This document shows, piece by piece, positions 28,667 to 38,627 of a stretch of DNA of 64,000 nucleotides; the first letter of the stretch is position 1, and each line of letters opens with the position of its first letter. A program made the translations under genes and the position numbers. The stretch comes from Armatimonadota bacterium (GTDB lineage Bacteria > Armatimonadota > Hebobacteria > GCA-020354555 > CP070648), in contig CP070648.1 in the NCBI GenBank assembly GCA_020354555.1, positions 2,212,692 to 2,276,691 on the forward strand, given 5' to 3'. Under the pieces are notes generated by a model. It did not search any database. It was not told where the DNA came from and saw only the letters and a list, made by a program, of their open reading frames with translations.

Positions 28667-29458
28667 CTAGAATCCCACTGCGCCCCAATCGTATGCCGTC
28701 GGCTCGACAAGCGGACGCAAAGCGCCGAGGTCGGCGACGCCGAGGGCGTAAATCGGCCCCGGCGCGATGAATCCCGGGATGCCGCGCGCGCCGCGTTGCC
28801 GGGTGACGGCGCCTGGGGCCTCGTAACGCGGGTTGGGCACGAGTTGTAGGCCATGGACCGCGCACACGACGTGCCAGGCGGCCCCGCCGCGCGCCAGGTA
28901 TGGCTCGGGCACGGTGTCGCAGGCGGAGGCGATCCAGTTGCACATCACCAGCGGCGCGTCCCCCGCGTTGACGCTGACGTGCCCCCAACCCGGCGGCATG
29001 AGGACGACCTCGCCCGCACGCGCCTCGACGACCATCGTATCCTCGACGCGGTAGTCGGGGGCACCGGCGAGCTGGAGCACGAAATACGTGCAGCCAAGAA
29101 CCACCTGGTACAGCTCGGGGTACGGCAACCCGTCCGAGGCGGCAGTGTGGTAGTGCCCCAGGGTCTTGATCGGCTCGTCTCCGATCATCGCGTGGGGCAG
29201 GACCGTCAAGTCGTAGCGCAGCCCGGCCTCGGCGATGGCTCGCCCGTGCTCGGGGAGCGCGACGCCGTCGTACATGAGGTAGAGGCTCTTGTCCTCGAAC
29301 TCGTCAAGCGCTTGGGGATGCCGATAGACCGCGCGGAGTCGTTCGGGTGCACGCGTCGCCGGCTCCGGCGCCGGCAAGGGCGGAGCGAATATGAGGCCGC
29401 CGGTCTCAGCGTCAAAGGAGACCGGCAGCCCGGTCGTATCGGCAAGATCGAAAGTCAA
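28667..29458 (-). CDS. Cupin-type (archaeal-type) glucose-6-phosphate isomerase
   Basis: FDAETGGL...GHYH...ELYQV...PPGWGHVSVN match the cPGI metal-binding motifs. Proposed TTG start overlaps the stop of the upstream HAD gene; the start is uncertain. Confidence 0.55.
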   Translation of the reverse strand: MTFDLADTTGLPVSFDAETGGLIFAPPLPAPEPATRAPERLRAVYRHPQALDEFEDKSLYLMYDGVALPEHGRAIAEAGLRYDLTVLPHAMIGDEPIKTLGHYHTAASDGLPYPELYQVVLGCTYFVLQLAGAPDYRVEDTMVVEARAGEVVLMPPGWGHVSVNAGDAPLVMCNWIASACDTVPEPYLARGGAAWHVVCAVHGLQLVPNPRYEAPGAVTRQRGARGIPGFIAPGPIYALGVADLGALRPLVEPTAYDWGAVGF

Positions 29459-30186
29459 GTCTGGCTCAGCAGCAGGTCGGGCACGGGCTCGAGGCTGTCG
29501 ACCACATGGTCGGGCGGCGGCAGGTCGGCGCCCACGGCTTCCTCGCCGTTGCGGTTGACCCATACCGTCACCAATCCGGCCTCGCGAGCCGGTGCCACAT
29601 CGCGTTCCAGGGAATCGCCGACATAGGCGGCCTCCGCCGGTTCGCACTCCGCCTCGCGCAGGGCGAACGCGAGCAGCTGTGGGTCGCCTTTGGCGTACCC
29701 CGCTTCGCCCTCAATGACAGTGAGCGAGAACAGCTCGCGGATCCCAAGCAGGGCGAGTTCCTCGTTCACTATGCCGGAGCTGCCCTCCGCGACGAGCCCC
29801 ACTCGTGCCCGCCCGTGAAGGGCTTGCAGGGCGGGCCGAGCATCGGGAAAGAGCTGCAGCGTTCTCATTCGCGACAGTTGATAATGCAAGGCGACCGCAT
29901 GGCTGAGGATGGGGTTCGCGACTCCGCACTTCTCCAGCGCGCGCTCCCACAGGCGATAGCCCTGCTCGTCGAGGCCGCTGCCGGTGGCGAAGCGGCTCGC
30001 AGTCCAGCGTCGAGTTTCCTCCGCCATGTGCCCGGCCTCGCGCACGTAGGCCTCGTGGAGCCCGGTTGCGTTCAGGCTCTCGGCATGGCTCACCGCGTAA
30101 TCGCAGGCGGTGTCTATCGCCGCCTCGGCGGCGGCTTGATAGTCGCACAGCGTATCGCCGAGATCGAAGAACACCACCTTGATCAT
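29455..30186 (-). CDS. HAD-superfamily hydrolase
   Basis: VVFFDLGDTL motif I, downstream K and GD motifs. ATGA overlap with the upstream CoA-binding gene. Confidence 0.7.
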   Translation of the reverse strand: MIKVVFFDLGDTLCDYQAAAEAAIDTACDYAVSHAESLNATGLHEAYVREAGHMAEETRRWTASRFATGSGLDEQGYRLWERALEKCGVANPILSHAVALHYQLSRMRTLQLFPDARPALQALHGRARVGLVAEGSSGIVNEELALLGIRELFSLTVIEGEAGYAKGDPQLLAFALREAECEPAEAAYVGDSLERDVAPAREAGLVTVWVNRNGEEAVGADLPPPDHVVDSLEPVPDLLLSQT

Positions 30187-30620
30187 GCTGCTTCTCCGCC
30201 GCCTCCGCCAATGAGCCGATGATGCTCGACCGCCATACAGCGATCCTGGACGACCGTCAGACATGCCGCGGCGGCTCGCGCAGCCGCCGCGTCGTGACGA
30301 ATGGCGAGTTGCATCCACACCGTCCGCGCGCCCGCCGCTATCGCCTGCTCGACGATCGGCGGCACATCCTGCGCCGGCCGGAAGATCTGCACGACGTCAA
30401 CCGGCTGATTCACCGCCGCGAGGTCCGGGAAACAGCGCTGCTCGAGGATCTCCTCGGCCCCGGGATTGACCGGAATGATCCGATAGCCCTGCGCCATCAG
30501 GTAGCTTGCGACGCGGTGGGAATCCTTGTCGGCGCTGCGGCTGAGCCCGACCACGGCGATCGTTGTCGCCGACGTCAGGATGCCGCGCAGGGCTTCGTCG
30601 TCGTCCGCCACCTTGCCCAT
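30183..30620 (-). CDS. CoA-binding domain protein (YccU-like)
   Basis: TIAVVGLS...YRIIPVNP...VDVVQIFRP pattern. Confidence 0.65.
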   Translation of the reverse strand: MGKVADDDEALRGILTSATTIAVVGLSRSADKDSHRVASYLMAQGYRIIPVNPGAEEILEQRCFPDLAAVNQPVDVVQIFRPAQDVPPIVEQAIAAGARTVWMQLAIRHDAAAARAAAACLTVVQDRCMAVEHHRLIGGGGGEAA

Positions 30621-30662
30621 GCCACCGCCTCCTGCGCTGCCCAGAAGCGACGTGGCAGCAGC

Positions 30663-33434
30663 CTAGCGTTGCAGCTCCTCGAGTTGCCTCAGGTCACGCT
30701 CCATGGCGGCCAGTTCGTCGCCGTAACCGCTCCAGTCCCCGGCGCGCAGGCGCTCCTGCGCGTTGCGGTAATGGCCGAGCGCGGAGCCGACGAGCTGTCT
30801 CGCAGACTCCGCCGGCGGGCCTTCTGCCGGCGCGGCTTCGCCCGTCGGCTGCTCCTGTGGTGCCGCGATCGCTGTGCCGCCGAGCGCGGCTTCGAGAGCT
30901 TCGTCGAGGGTCTCGCGCATGACGACGGTGGCGTTGCCGCCCACCTGGCCGACGGCGACGATGACCCGCTTCAACTCCGGGATCTCGCTCTCCTGCGCGC
31001 GCATGAAGAGGGGCTCAACGTAGAGGAGCGCTTTGCCGACGGGGATGACCAACAGATTGCCGCGGATCACATCGGAGCCTTTGCTCCGCCACAAAGTGAG
31101 GGCGGCGCTGATATCGGTGTCCTGCTCGATGCGGGCCTCGACCATCATCGGACCGAACACCGTCTCATGGCGCGGGAAGCGGTAGACAAGGATCTCGCCG
31201 TAGTTTTCCGGGTCTGAACGAGCGCACAGCCAGGCGATCATGTTGGGCTTCCCCGCGGGCGTGTACGGGCGCATCAGGATCAACTCGGTCTCCTGCTCGT
31301 CAGGCAAGAGCGTGACCACATAGTAGGGCGGCATGAGGGAGGCCTGCTCGCCAGACCGGCTCTGCAATCCCTTCTGCGCGGACTCGCGGGCAATGTCCCA
31401 CTTGTCTTCCTTGGTGTAGAAGATCTGCGAATCCGTCATATGGTAGATCTGGTACATCGTGCTCTGGAGCATGAATAGCCCCTCGGGCCAGCGCAGATGA
31501 GCCTGCAGCCCCTGCGGCATTTGCTCCAGTGGTCGAAACGCTCCAGGGAAGGCGGCCGCCCAGGTGCGGACGATCGGGTCCTCGGTATCGGCGATATAGA
31601 AGTTGACCGTGCCGTCGTAGGCGTCGGTGACGACCTTGACGGCGTTGCGCACGTAGTTGACGTTGACCGGGCCCGGCGCGGGCTCGGAATAGGGATAGCG
31701 GCCGCTTCTGGTGTATGCGTCGTGGATCCAGTACAGGTGGCCGTCGTCGCCGATCACCAGGTAGGGGTCGTTATCGTATTCGAGGAAGGGCGCAATCAAG
31801 CGCGTCCGGGTCTTGATGTCGCGATTGATGATGATCTTGCTCTTGGCCGTGACGTTGCCGGAGACAAGAATGTTGACCTCGCCGAAGCGCAGGGCGGCGG
31901 CAGTGCGCACCAGGCCGTTGGACAATCTGATGCCCGCCGCGCCGGCGTACGCGGTAGTCTCGGTCTTGTCGAACGTGGCGTAGTCAATTTCCTCGACCGC
32001 GGCGTTGACGATGCTGTAGTTGATATCCGATTCGCCGAAGTAGATCTGCGGGCGGGTGACTTCGATCTCGGGCACCAAGGACTCCGCCGGAAGATTCTTG
32101 ACCAGCATCATCGGCAGCCCCTCCTGGTCAACGCGGTTCACCGGGGAGAGGACCAAGCCGTACCCATGTGTGTACAGCAGATGCGAGTTCTGCCAGGTTT
32201 TCTCCGGCAGCTGATCAAGCGATAGTTCGCGCGGCGACAGCATCACCTGCCGGTAGTCCCCGGCCATGACGTAGCGGTCAATATCCACGTCCAGGAACTC
32301 ATAGTACGGTCGCAACTCCTGAAGCTTCTTGTAGGTCTGCAGCAGCGGGCGCCAGTCCCACAGGCGGATGTTCTGCACGACGCCCGGCGTAGCCGCCAAC
32401 TCGGCGGCGGTGAGCTGCCCGAGCTCGGGCATGTCAACCTCGCGAATCTTGTCGAGCTGGTACGCGTGGCGCGTGAACTCGATGTTGTGCTTGATGTACG
32501 GTCGCTCTTTGAGGAACTCGTTGGGCTGCACCTGGAAGCGCTGGATCGCCGCCGGGTACATCACGTTGACCAGCAGCGACGCCGTGATCAGGAAAGCAAT
32601 ACCGGCGATCGGCAGCCACAGGCCCCGGAAGTGAATATTGATCAGCACGGCGAGGGAGCACAGCACCGCGATCACCATCAGGATGTACAAGGCCGGGAGC
32701 TGGGCGTGGTGATCGGTGTAGGAGATGCCGAAGGCAACTCCGCGCGCGGAGTACAGAAGGTTCCACGCGTCCAGTTGGTAGGCGACCGCCTTGGCGAGCA
32801 AGATGAGCCCGAGGATCACGGACAGGTGTCCCTTGACGTGCGGCGCGAACGCCGGCACGCCGCCCAGCACGCGGATGGCCTTATCCAGGTAATGCACCGC
32901 CGCGGCGATGATCAGCACCGCGAAGAGGGTGAGGTAGATCCACTGCCAGACGTACTCGATGAAGGGCAGCTTGAAGACGTAGAAACTGACGTCGCGGTTG
33001 AAGATCGGGTCTGCGATGCCGAACGGAGTGGCGTGGCGGTAGAGGAGGTACTTCTGCCACTGGCTCGCGGCGCCGCTGCCCACGCCGTAGCTGACGACGC
33101 CGACGAACGCGGCGAGCGCGAGCAGCAGATAGCGGTTGACGTACTGCTCGAACAACTCCGCCGCTTGACGGCGGAAGCGGCTCTCCGCCTCGTACCACGC
33201 GGCGCTCGGCGCGAGACGGCGCGCCAGCCACGCGTTGGCCATGACGAGCACGAAGAACGCGAGGCCGAAGACCAGGCCGAGGTTGATCTTGGTGACCAAG
33301 ATGCCCCAGAAGATCTGGCGATAGTTGACCTCACCGAACCACAGCCAATTCAGATAGAGGTTGGGCGCGGCCGACGCGATGATCCACAATGCGACGAACG
33401 CGACGATGATCCAGATCACGGCTCGACGTCTCAT
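30663..33434 (-). CDS. UPF0182-family large membrane protein
   Basis: About 920 aa. N-terminal multi-TM region then a large extracytoplasmic domain with UPF0182-like conserved segments (YYVVTLLPDEQ...LILMRPYTP). Confidence 0.6.
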   Translation of the reverse strand: MRRRAVIWIIVAFVALWIIASAAPNLYLNWLWFGEVNYRQIFWGILVTKINLGLVFGLAFFVLVMANAWLARRLAPSAAWYEAESRFRRQAAELFEQYVNRYLLLALAAFVGVVSYGVGSGAASQWQKYLLYRHATPFGIADPIFNRDVSFYVFKLPFIEYVWQWIYLTLFAVLIIAAAVHYLDKAIRVLGGVPAFAPHVKGHLSVILGLILLAKAVAYQLDAWNLLYSARGVAFGISYTDHHAQLPALYILMVIAVLCSLAVLINIHFRGLWLPIAGIAFLITASLLVNVMYPAAIQRFQVQPNEFLKERPYIKHNIEFTRHAYQLDKIREVDMPELGQLTAAELAATPGVVQNIRLWDWRPLLQTYKKLQELRPYYEFLDVDIDRYVMAGDYRQVMLSPRELSLDQLPEKTWQNSHLLYTHGYGLVLSPVNRVDQEGLPMMLVKNLPAESLVPEIEVTRPQIYFGESDINYSIVNAAVEEIDYATFDKTETTAYAGAAGIRLSNGLVRTAAALRFGEVNILVSGNVTAKSKIIINRDIKTRTRLIAPFLEYDNDPYLVIGDDGHLYWIHDAYTRSGRYPYSEPAPGPVNVNYVRNAVKVVTDAYDGTVNFYIADTEDPIVRTWAAAFPGAFRPLEQMPQGLQAHLRWPEGLFMLQSTMYQIYHMTDSQIFYTKEDKWDIARESAQKGLQSRSGEQASLMPPYYVVTLLPDEQETELILMRPYTPAGKPNMIAWLCARSDPENYGEILVYRFPRHETVFGPMMVEARIEQDTDISAALTLWRSKGSDVIRGNLLVIPVGKALLYVEPLFMRAQESEIPELKRVIVAVGQVGGNATVVMRETLDEALEAALGGTAIAAPQEQPTGEAAPAEGPPAESARQLVGSALGHYRNAQERLRAGDWSGYGDELAAMERDLRQLEELQR

Positions 33435-33783
33435 GTCACCCTGCCCTTCGCCCACCCGCGCTACACCGGGAGGGTCGCGGGTATGGTTTCTGTGATTCGT
33501 CCCACCGTTCCTGCCAGCATCGTCTCCCCGCTGATACAAGGCGCATCGAGCGTCCCACGGTGCCCCTCGAGCACCACACAGCCACGGCGTGCGCGTAGCG
33601 TGCCCGCGATGATGGTGAGTTACCGCCGAAATTGTGGAATATCATCCCGACGCGGCCCGTAACGCGCTCTTCCTGGCAAGCGGCATGGGGGGTAGATCGT
33701 CTGCTATCTGCTCAGCCAGCGGGCACACGGCCCGTGGCGACCACGTGCGGCGACCGGGAAACCTGGTGGGAGGCAGACTTTCG

Positions 33784-35781
33784 ATGCGTGCGTTCCAGTC
33801 GTTTGCACTCGTCATCGCAGTAATCGTCACTACCGCAGGGCAGCTCGCTCCTGTGCACGTCGGCGCTGAGGAACTGCCAGCGTCGGAGACGGCGGGCCTC
33901 GCGACTCACACCGAGGAGTCTCTGGAGGCCAGCATATTGGCGGCGCCGGAGTTGCTCCTGTTCCAGGAGATCCCGATCGTCGTCACCGCCTCCAGGATAG
34001 AGGAGCGCGTCACCGAAGCGCCGGCGAGCGTCACTGTCATCACGCGCCAGCAGATCCTCAGCTCGGGCGCGATCAGCATCCCCGACCTGCTGCGCATGGT
34101 GCCCGGCGTGGACGTCATGCAGAGCACCGGCGCGAACTGGGAGGTCAGCATCCGCGGCGTCATCCAGCCGATGTCGAACAAAGCCCTCGTGCTGGTGGAT
34201 GGGCGCACGGTGTATAACGACCTCTACGCCAGCGTCAACTGGCACGGCCTGCCCGTCGTGCTCGAGGATATCGAGCGCATCGAGATCATCCGCGGGCCCC
34301 TGTCTTCCCTGTGGGGGGCCAATGCGTCGCTCGGCGTCATCAACATCATCACGCGCTCGGCTGCCCAGTCGCAGGGTACTTCGGCCACCGCTGCGTGGGG
34401 CACCCGGGGCACGGTCCGTGCGAACGTCATCCACGGCGGCGAACTGGGCGACCGCGGCATCCGCTACAAGCTCAGTGCAGCCCGCGAGGAGGTCGGCCAG
34501 TGGACCGCGTATCGCCCGGATGCGCGCGAGGGGTTCATCGGCGACAGAAAAGCGGGCGCAGCGACCAAAGCGAATCTGGCCGTGGAGTGGGATCGCCGCG
34601 ACGGCAGCAATTGGACGCTGCACGCGGGCGAGAGCGAGAGCGGCGCTCTGATCTTCATTGACTACTCTGCAACGCAGCGGCTGTGGGAGGAAGACGTCAA
34701 ATACGTCTCCCTCGATTACAGCAAGGACGATCTCAGCGTGCGCGCGTACTGGAACGGTACGCGCATTGACTACTCCGAGTACGAGTTGCCCACGGCGACG
34801 GTGTACACCGACCTCTACAACCTCGAGGCGCTCAAGTCTCAGACCCTCGACAAGCACGCCGTCGTGTACGGCGCGAGCTATCGCAGGAAGGCAGTCGGCC
34901 AGGCCAACTTCCGCCTGCTCGATGACGCACATCGCCAGCATCTATGGGCCGCCTACGTCGAGGATGCCTACCAGGCCTCGGAGCGCACGAAGCTCGTGCT
35001 CAGCGCGCGCTACGATCGCCACCCGCTCGCCGGCGGCCGCGTCTCGGGCAGAGCCACGGCCATGTACTCTCCGACGCCGCGCCAAACGCTGCGCCTGTCC
35101 GCCGCCAACGCGTTCCGCAGCCCTACTTTCCTCGAATCATACCTCGAGATATCCATTCCTCTACCGCCCCCGCTGCCGCCCACCGGCGTGTGGGGCAACA
35201 CTGGTCTGGACTACGAAGGCATCACCGCCTACGATCTCGAGTACCGAGCCGAACTCTCCCCCAGGACCAGCGCCGACCTGTGCGTCTTCTACAATGAACT
35301 CCAAGATTTCATCCTCTATGACGTCATCCTCGACGTCCCACGCCAACAGCAGTTCGCGAACCTGGGCGCCGCACGCGCGCGCGGGGCGGAGGTCGAAGTC
35401 CGCCGCGCGCTGTCCCCCGTGCTGTCCGGCTTCGCCAACTACACCTACCTCTCGGTCGAGGGCGTGGGCGCGATCGAGGATCGGCACGATAGCCTGGTCA
35501 AGCACGCCCCGCGCCACAAGGCGAATCTCGGCTTCACGCTGTCAGACCCCGACCGCGGCCTCAACGGCAGCCTGCTCCTCAGCTACCGCGACAAGGTCGT
35601 CGTGCGGGATCAAAGCGCCGGCCCCTACGTTCTCGTCAACGGCTACGTCGGCAAGAAGATCGGGGACAACGCGGAGGCGGGCATCTCCTTCTTCAACCTC
35701 GCCAACCGCAAGCACCAGCAGTTCACCAGGGGCGACTACATCGGCCGCCGCATCATGGGCAGCGTCAGGTGGGAGTTCTAG
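33784..35781 (+). CDS. TonB-dependent outer-membrane receptor
   Basis: Signal peptide, plug domain, beta-barrel, C-terminal aromatic residue (…RWEF). Confidence 0.8.
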   Translation: MRAFQSFALVIAVIVTTAGQLAPVHVGAEELPASETAGLATHTEESLEASILAAPELLLFQEIPIVVTASRIEERVTEAPASVTVITRQQILSSGAISIPDLLRMVPGVDVMQSTGANWEVSIRGVIQPMSNKALVLVDGRTVYNDLYASVNWHGLPVVLEDIERIEIIRGPLSSLWGANASLGVINIITRSAAQSQGTSATAAWGTRGTVRANVIHGGELGDRGIRYKLSAAREEVGQWTAYRPDAREGFIGDRKAGAATKANLAVEWDRRDGSNWTLHAGESESGALIFIDYSATQRLWEEDVKYVSLDYSKDDLSVRAYWNGTRIDYSEYELPTATVYTDLYNLEALKSQTLDKHAVVYGASYRRKAVGQANFRLLDDAHRQHLWAAYVEDAYQASERTKLVLSARYDRHPLAGGRVSGRATAMYSPTPRQTLRLSAANAFRSPTFLESYLEISIPLPPPLPPTGVWGNTGLDYEGITAYDLEYRAELSPRTSADLCVFYNELQDFILYDVILDVPRQQQFANLGAARARGAEVEVRRALSPVLSGFANYTYLSVEGVGAIEDRHDSLVKHAPRHKANLGFTLSDPDRGLNGSLLLSYRDKVVVRDQSAGPYVLVNGYVGKKIGDNAEAGISFFNLANRKHQQFTRGDYIGRRIMGSVRWEF

Positions 35782-36087
35782 CGCCACTGCTCGTGACGGG
35801 TTGCAACCCGCTGCGTGATGCGCGCGGGAGGTCATGGATGATCCCGCGTGCTCAGGCGGGGCCCATGTCAGTCCGGCCCCGCCGACTCATCGGGGGTATG
35901 CATCACGCAGGGCAGCCGTTCGGGGACATTCATCCGACCGTCGTATCATGACCCCCGTGTGCGGACGCTGAATCTCGGTCGGTGGATTGCTTCCTCGCGC
36001 TGTCGGCTGCGCCGACGTCGCTCCCGGCGGCCGGCACACCCCATGCGATGGGTGCGGATCGCGGCGGCCTCCACGGTGCGCCGGAGC

Positions 36088-36117
36088 TTGACACCCGCAG
36101 AATCGCTCTGCTAGAAT
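36088..36117 (+). promoter_or_regulatory. Sigma70-type promoter TTGACA-N18-TAGAAT upstream of the citramalate/IPM synthase gene
   Basis: gcTTGACAcccgcagaatcgctctgcTAGAATcg, 35 nt upstream of ATG 36152. Same hexamers and spacer length as the gap promoter. Confidence 0.5.
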
Positions 36118-36151
36118 CGCGACGGTAGCCCCCCGACGAAAGGACCCCTCA

Positions 36152-37789
36152 ATGGCCACCGACCCAACACCTGCGCACGGCGTGAGCAAGGACGTGGTCG
36201 TGTACGACACAACCCTGCGCGACGGCGCGCAGACCGAGGGCATCTCGCTGTCGGTCGAGGACCGCGTCAAGATCGCGCAGCGGTTGGATGAGCTGGGCAT
36301 TGACTACATCGAGGGCGGCTGGCCCTCGCGCGAGAACCCCACGGACATCGCCTTCTTCCGGCACATGCGGGAGATGCCGCTGGCGCACGCCAAGCTCGTG
36401 GCCTTCGGCAGCACGCGGCGCCCCAAAGCGAAGGTCGAGGAGGACCCCCAGATCAACAGCCTGCTCAACGCGGGAACCAGCGCCGTCACCATCTTCGGCA
36501 AGAGCTGGGACCTGCACGTCGTGGGCACGCTGGGAGCGACGCTGCAACAGAACCTCGAGATGATCGAGGACACGGTGAGGCATCTCAAATCGCGCGGGCT
36601 GGAAGTCATCTTCGACGCCGAGCACTTTTTTGACGGTTACCAGGGCAACGCGGATTACGCGCTGGCCACGCTGCAGGCGGCAGCCGCGGCGGACGACGAC
36701 TGCATCGTACTGTGCGACACCAACGGCGGCACACTGCCGCATGAGTTGGAGCCGATGTTTCGTGCGGCCCAGGCGGCGGTCGAGACGCCGCTTGGCATCC
36801 ACGCTCACAACGACAGCGACGTCGCGGTCGCCAATACTCTGTTGGCCGTACATCTCGGCGCGACGCACGTGCACGGGACGATCAACGGTTACGGCGAGCG
36901 CTGCGGCAACGCGAACCTGTGCTCGGTCGTACCGAACCTCCAGCTCAAACTCGGCAAGAGCGCGCTGGCACCCGACAAGCTCGCCCGGCTGTACGAGGTC
37001 GCGCATTACATCTCAGAGGTGGCGAACATGCCACCGGCGGAGCGCCAGCCCTTCGTCGGGCGGAGCGCTTTTGCCCATAAGGGGGGCGTCCATGTGGACG
37101 CGGTGCTCAAGCGCCCGGAGACCTACGAGCACGTCACACCCGAGGTCGTCGGCAACCAGCGCCGCCTGCTGGTGAGCGACCAGGCGGGCACGAGCACCGT
37201 GGTCTACAAGGCGCGCGCGCTCGAGATCGACCTCGACAAGCAGTCGCCGGAGACGCGGGCGATTCTCCAGCGGGTCAAGGAGATGGAGCACGAGGGCTAC
37301 CAGTTCGAGGGGGCAGAGGCGTCGTTCGACCTGCTCATGCGCAAGACGATGGGCATCTACCGCAACCTCTTCGATCTCGGCGGGTTCCGCGTCATCACCG
37401 AGAAGCGGGCGGAAGGCGACATCCTGTGCGAGGCGACGATCAAGGTCACGGTGGACGGTGTCGAGGAGCACACGGCGGCGGAGGGTGACGGGCCGGTGCA
37501 CGCGCTGGACGGGGCGCTGCGCAAAGCGCTGGAGAAGTTCTACCCGGACCTCAAGGAGATCAAGCTCACGGACTTCAAGGTGCGCGTGATCGCCGGCTCC
37601 GAGGGCACGGCGGCGAAGGTGAGGGTCTTGGTCGAGTCGTCGGACGACGCCGATTCGTGGAGCACCGTCGGCGTCCACACCAACATCATCGAGGCGAGCT
37701 GGCAGGCGCTGGTGGATTCCATCGAGTACGGCCTGATGCGGCGAGGCGAGGGGGCGGGGACCGGGGTGGGGGGCAACCGCAGCGCGTGA
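36152..37789 (+). CDS. LeuA-family synthase, CimA-type (citramalate / 2-isopropylmalate synthase)
   Basis: VVYDTTLRDGAQTEG DRE-TIM motif, HAHND motif, C-terminal LeuA dimerization/regulatory domain. Length (545 aa) fits the cimA type. Confidence 0.8.
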   Translation: MATDPTPAHGVSKDVVVYDTTLRDGAQTEGISLSVEDRVKIAQRLDELGIDYIEGGWPSRENPTDIAFFRHMREMPLAHAKLVAFGSTRRPKAKVEEDPQINSLLNAGTSAVTIFGKSWDLHVVGTLGATLQQNLEMIEDTVRHLKSRGLEVIFDAEHFFDGYQGNADYALATLQAAAAADDDCIVLCDTNGGTLPHELEPMFRAAQAAVETPLGIHAHNDSDVAVANTLLAVHLGATHVHGTINGYGERCGNANLCSVVPNLQLKLGKSALAPDKLARLYEVAHYISEVANMPPAERQPFVGRSAFAHKGGVHVDAVLKRPETYEHVTPEVVGNQRRLLVSDQAGTSTVVYKARALEIDLDKQSPETRAILQRVKEMEHEGYQFEGAEASFDLLMRKTMGIYRNLFDLGGFRVITEKRAEGDILCEATIKVTVDGVEEHTAAEGDGPVHALDGALRKALEKFYPDLKEIKLTDFKVRVIAGSEGTAAKVRVLVESSDDADSWSTVGVHTNIIEASWQALVDSIEYGLMRRGEGAGTGVGGNRSA

Positions 37790-38049
37790 TGTCGCGGCGG
37801 CGCGGGGCCGCCAGGCGTCGGTTGTGCGGGACTCGCGATTATGCTAGACTACAGGATTGGGGGGCAGCGATAGTCCTGAGCGAAATGAAATGATTCTCCA
37901 GCCGTGGGCGGTCGGGGCGTAACCTTTTGCGCCCTGACTCGTCTAAAGCAACGAGGCGCGGCCTCGGCGCGGGCGCGCTCGGAGCGGCCAGGGGAGGCGC
38001 GGTGCGGGAAACTGATTCCAGGGCACAGGGCCGGGATGTGCCCGACAGC

Positions 38050-38601
38050 ATGTGCGCCGAGAGCTTCGACGAGCTGTTCGAGCGCTACGAGCGAAAGATC
38101 TTCAACCTCATTTATCGCTTGATCGGGGATCACGAAGAGGCGACGGATCTGGCGTCGGAGACGTTCGTGCAGGCGCTGCGATCCTTCAACCGGTTTCGCG
38201 GCGAGGCGCGCCCCTACACCTGGTTGTACCGTATCGCGATCAACCAGTGCAAGAACTACTTTCGTCGCCGGGACGTGCGCAAGCGAGTGCACGGGCCGTC
38301 GCTCGACGAACGCGTCGCCGCGGACGGGGACGGTGGGGTGCAACGCGAGGTCGCGGATTGGCGGCACGCGCCGCAGCGCAATGCCGAGCGCCGCGAGCTT
38401 CAGCGAGAGGTCGAGCGCGCCATCGCCGCCCTCAGCCCCGACGCACGGATGGTCGTCGTCCTACGCGACGTGCACGGCTTCAGCTACCAGGAGATAGCGG
38501 AGATGGTGGGGGTCTCGCTGGAAGTGGTGAAGGCACGCCTGTTTCGGGCGCGCGCAGCGCTCCGGGAACAGTTGTCCGAGTATCTCCTGCCTGAAGCGTA
38601 A
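38050..38601 (+). CDS. ECF (sigma-70 family, group IV) RNA polymerase sigma factor
   Basis: Region 2 YRLIGDHEEATDLASETFVQALRSFNRFRGE and region 4 HTH FSYQEIAEMVGVSLEVVKARLFRAR. No anti-sigma gene follows; bamA starts 26 nt downstream. Confidence 0.8.
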   Translation: MCAESFDELFERYERKIFNLIYRLIGDHEEATDLASETFVQALRSFNRFRGEARPYTWLYRIAINQCKNYFRRRDVRKRVHGPSLDERVAADGDGGVQREVADWRHAPQRNAERRELQREVERAIAALSPDARMVVVLRDVHGFSYQEIAEMVGVSLEVVKARLFRARAALREQLSEYLLPEA

Positions 38602-38627
38602 CGGTACCACATGGAGGAGAGCTGAGC

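Noticed and set aside
28650-28668. TAGAAT hexamer and GGGAT-N7-ATCCC hairpin at the cPGI 3' end, considered as a promoter
   Set aside because: No plus-strand gene lies downstream and there is no convincing -35. Possibly a weak terminator between the cPGI operon and hypB; not reported as a feature.
33435-33783. Possible cobalamin riboswitch in the 350-nt leader of the TonB-dependent receptor (fragments AGCCAG…GCC and GGGAAACCTGGTG present)
   Set aside because: The B12-box-like and GGGAA/GGTG elements occur in the wrong order on both strands, and no CCCGCCACTG core is present. Without a covariance-model search I cannot support a riboswitch call.
35798-35809. GGGTTGCAACCC palindrome 17 nt after the TonB receptor stop, considered as a terminator
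   Set aside because: The stem is too short once a loop is allowed and there is no U-tract. At most a weak structure.
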